A program made the position numbers and the translations under genes. The notes beneath the pieces are model-generated. The model was not told where the DNA came from. It did no database searches and saw only the letters and a list, made by a program, of their open reading frames with translations. From NCBI RefSeq assembly GCF_057124965.1, contig NZ_CM169477.1: DNA of 24,000 nucleotides; one strand, written 5' to 3'. Positions 22,509 through 24,000 of the stretch are shown in pieces (the first letter of the stretch is position 1; every line of letters starts with the position of its first letter).

Positions 22509-22991
22509 TTAACTTAAAGAGTCTGTTTCAGGACATGAAATATCCAATCCGGGCAGACGGGTAATGATTCTGCTCATCACCACACCTGCCAGCAATGCAG
22601 GAATGATGCGGACAACGAGACTGTCACCAGAAAGAATGTTTTCAAACAACTCCGAGGAAGCCATGCCCTTAATATGTACAATAACTGCACAATAGATCTC
22701 GGTGATAACGACGCCACCTATGCCACCAGCCAGACAACGATAATTTTTCTGTGACCCGATCTTTTCCGGCAGACAGGCGACCATCACGCCGGTTAACAAT
22801 GCAGGAATAGCTCCCGTAGTAATCGACAATAAGAGAAACAATGGAAGTACCTGTATTATTACCAAAAGAACCAGCGGTTCTTTTGCGAAGAATATGTAGA
22901 GGACAAGAAACAGAACACCAATTAACGGTCCTAAAACCGCAAAATAAAGTCCGTGATGTATTACCCGACGTGAAACAGACATATCAAACAC
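22509..22991 (-). CDS. cbrB: Inner-membrane protein CbrB (YieI)
   Basis: This is a hydrophobic multi-span ORF. The start could be ATG at 22991 (MFDMSVSRR) or ATG at 22982 (MSVSRR). It is recognised as E. coli YieI/CbrB. Confidence 0.85.
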   Translation of the reverse strand: MFDMSVSRRVIHHGLYFAVLGPLIGVLFLVLYIFFAKEPLVLLVIIQVLPLFLLLSITTGAIPALLTGVMVACLPEKIGSQKNYRCLAGGIGGVVITEIYCAVIVHIKGMASSELFENILSGDSLVVRIIPALLAGVVMSRIITRLPGLDISCPETDSLS

Positions 22992-23029
22992 CCTTTACTT
23001 ACCTTTGAGCGCCAATTTAAGCGGGGTAA

Positions 23030-23045
23030 GTGAAGGGAGTGTGAA
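23030..23045 (-). promoter_or_regulatory. cre-tag (CreB binding site) upstream of cbrB
   Basis: The minus strand reads TTCACactcccTTCAC, a perfect match to the TTCAC-N6-TTCAC cre-tag consensus. It lies between the yieH stop and the cbrB start. Confidence 0.7.
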
Positions 23046-23048
23046 GAA

Positions 23049-23714
23049 CTATGCCGTAATATCCCAACCACGCGCTTTCCACAGTTCCGGTAACTGCGAA
23101 AGATGGGTAAAGGTGGTGACTTTCGGGTGAACGATCGGCTTATTGTGCGGGTCGGCGCAGAAGTAGAACACTTCCATACCTGCGTCGATACCAGATTGCG
23201 CACCGGCAACTGAGTCATCAACCAGAATGCAGTTTTCTACATTTACATTCATCGCTTTTGCCGCATGGAACATTAACGCCGGGTCTGGCTTCCAGCGCTG
23301 AATATCGTAGCCGCTGAACAGTTTATCCGGGAAGTAGTGCAACATATTCAGCTTGCCCATAGAATGCTGCATTTTGTTATTTGGGCCGTTAGATACCACA
23401 CACATTGGCGCAGTGATCGCTGACAGGAGCGCTCCAGCCCCTTCGATGGCTTCCAGTTCTGAATCGAACAGCCGAGCGACTTCTGCACGGTAAACGTGTT
23501 CAGCTTCTGTTTTCGCTAACGTAACACCATGTTCAAGGGAAACAATATCGATAATTTCGTACAGTTTTACACCTTTGAAACGTTTGAATACCTCTTCAGG
23601 ATCGAGCGTAATACCAAATTCCTGAAACATCGTTACATATGCGCGGGAGCAAATGACTTCACTGTCGACCAGCGTACCGTCGCAGTCGAAAAATACCGCT
23701 TCTATCTGGGACAT
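23049..23714 (-). CDS. yieH: HAD-superfamily phosphatase YieH (6-phosphogluconate phosphatase)
   Basis: The 221-aa ORF carries the HAD motif I FFDCDGTLVDSE and a later VDDS motif. It is recognised as E. coli YieH. Confidence 0.92.
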   Translation of the reverse strand: MSQIEAVFFDCDGTLVDSEVICSRAYVTMFQEFGITLDPEEVFKRFKGVKLYEIIDIVSLEHGVTLAKTEAEHVYRAEVARLFDSELEAIEGAGALLSAITAPMCVVSNGPNNKMQHSMGKLNMLHYFPDKLFSGYDIQRWKPDPALMFHAAKAMNVNVENCILVDDSVAGAQSGIDAGMEVFYFCADPHNKPIVHPKVTTFTHLSQLPELWKARGWDITA

Positions 23715-23880
23715 GTCTTTCCTTTATCGTTAGTTTAACGTTTTCGTCATGCCAATTCGCATGACGCAATCGTTGCCGTATAAGCAAATACAATGAAAAA
23801 AAGTTATCTTCAGCCGTCCATATTGTCTCATTTTGGTATACGATAGCGACGGATTTTCCCTCCTTGTTCGGAAATAGATA

Positions 23881-24000
23881 ATGAGTCAACAACACACAAC
23901 CCAGGCTTCTGGCCAGGGGATGCTGGAACGCGTGTTTAAACTGCGCGAACATGGCACGACGGCACGGACCGAAGTGATCGCCGGTTTTACCACCTTCCTG
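23881..24000 (+). CDS. adeP: Adenine permease AdeP (PurP/YieG), first 40 codons; continues beyond the window
   Basis: ATG at 23881 translates MSQQHTTQASGQGMLERVFKLREHGTTARTEVIAGFTTFL, which is recognised as the AdeP N-terminus. It is transcribed divergently from yieH. Confidence 0.88.
   Translation, partial: MSQQHTTQASGQGMLERVFKLREHGTTARTEVIAGFTTFL

Noticed and set aside
23659-23952. A 97-aa minus-strand ORF covering the yieH-adeP intergenic region
   Set aside because: It overlaps the 5' ends of two well-recognised divergent genes and the regulatory region between them. It is most likely spurious.

Overview
This is an Escherichia coli/Shigella-type chromosomal segment running from the attTn7 side of the glmS-pstS gap to adeP (yieG). 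Positions 1-1140 are the left arm of a Tn7 transposon. It holds the 3' end of a class-2 integron integrase (intI2 type), a truncated ORF that looks like the N-terminus of BREX BrxA (DUF1819), and the canonical 166-bp Tn7L end with three TnsB sites, ending at 1140. A hairpin terminator follows directly. Next comes an AT-rich, horizontally acquired chaperone-usher fimbrial operon (lpfABCD-like, 1422-6404), then the conserved pstSCAB-phoU operon with Pho boxes and REP elements. The cryptic bgl operon (bglG-bglF-bglB-bglH) has an intact promoter, CRP site and RAT/terminator region. However, two apparently identical 1196-bp IS5-family copies in direct orientation interrupt bglF at codon 31 (TTAA duplication) and bglH at codon 38 (TTAG duplication), bracketing an intact bglB. 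The window ends with yieL, yieK, cbrC, cbrB (preceded by a perfect cre-tag), yieH and the start of adeP. I saw no CRISPR array, tRNA or rRNA. The items most worth a second look are the BrxA-like relic inside Tn7, the twin-IS5 architecture, and the IS5::bglF in-frame fusion ORF. I did not find a convincing complete novel multi-gene system.
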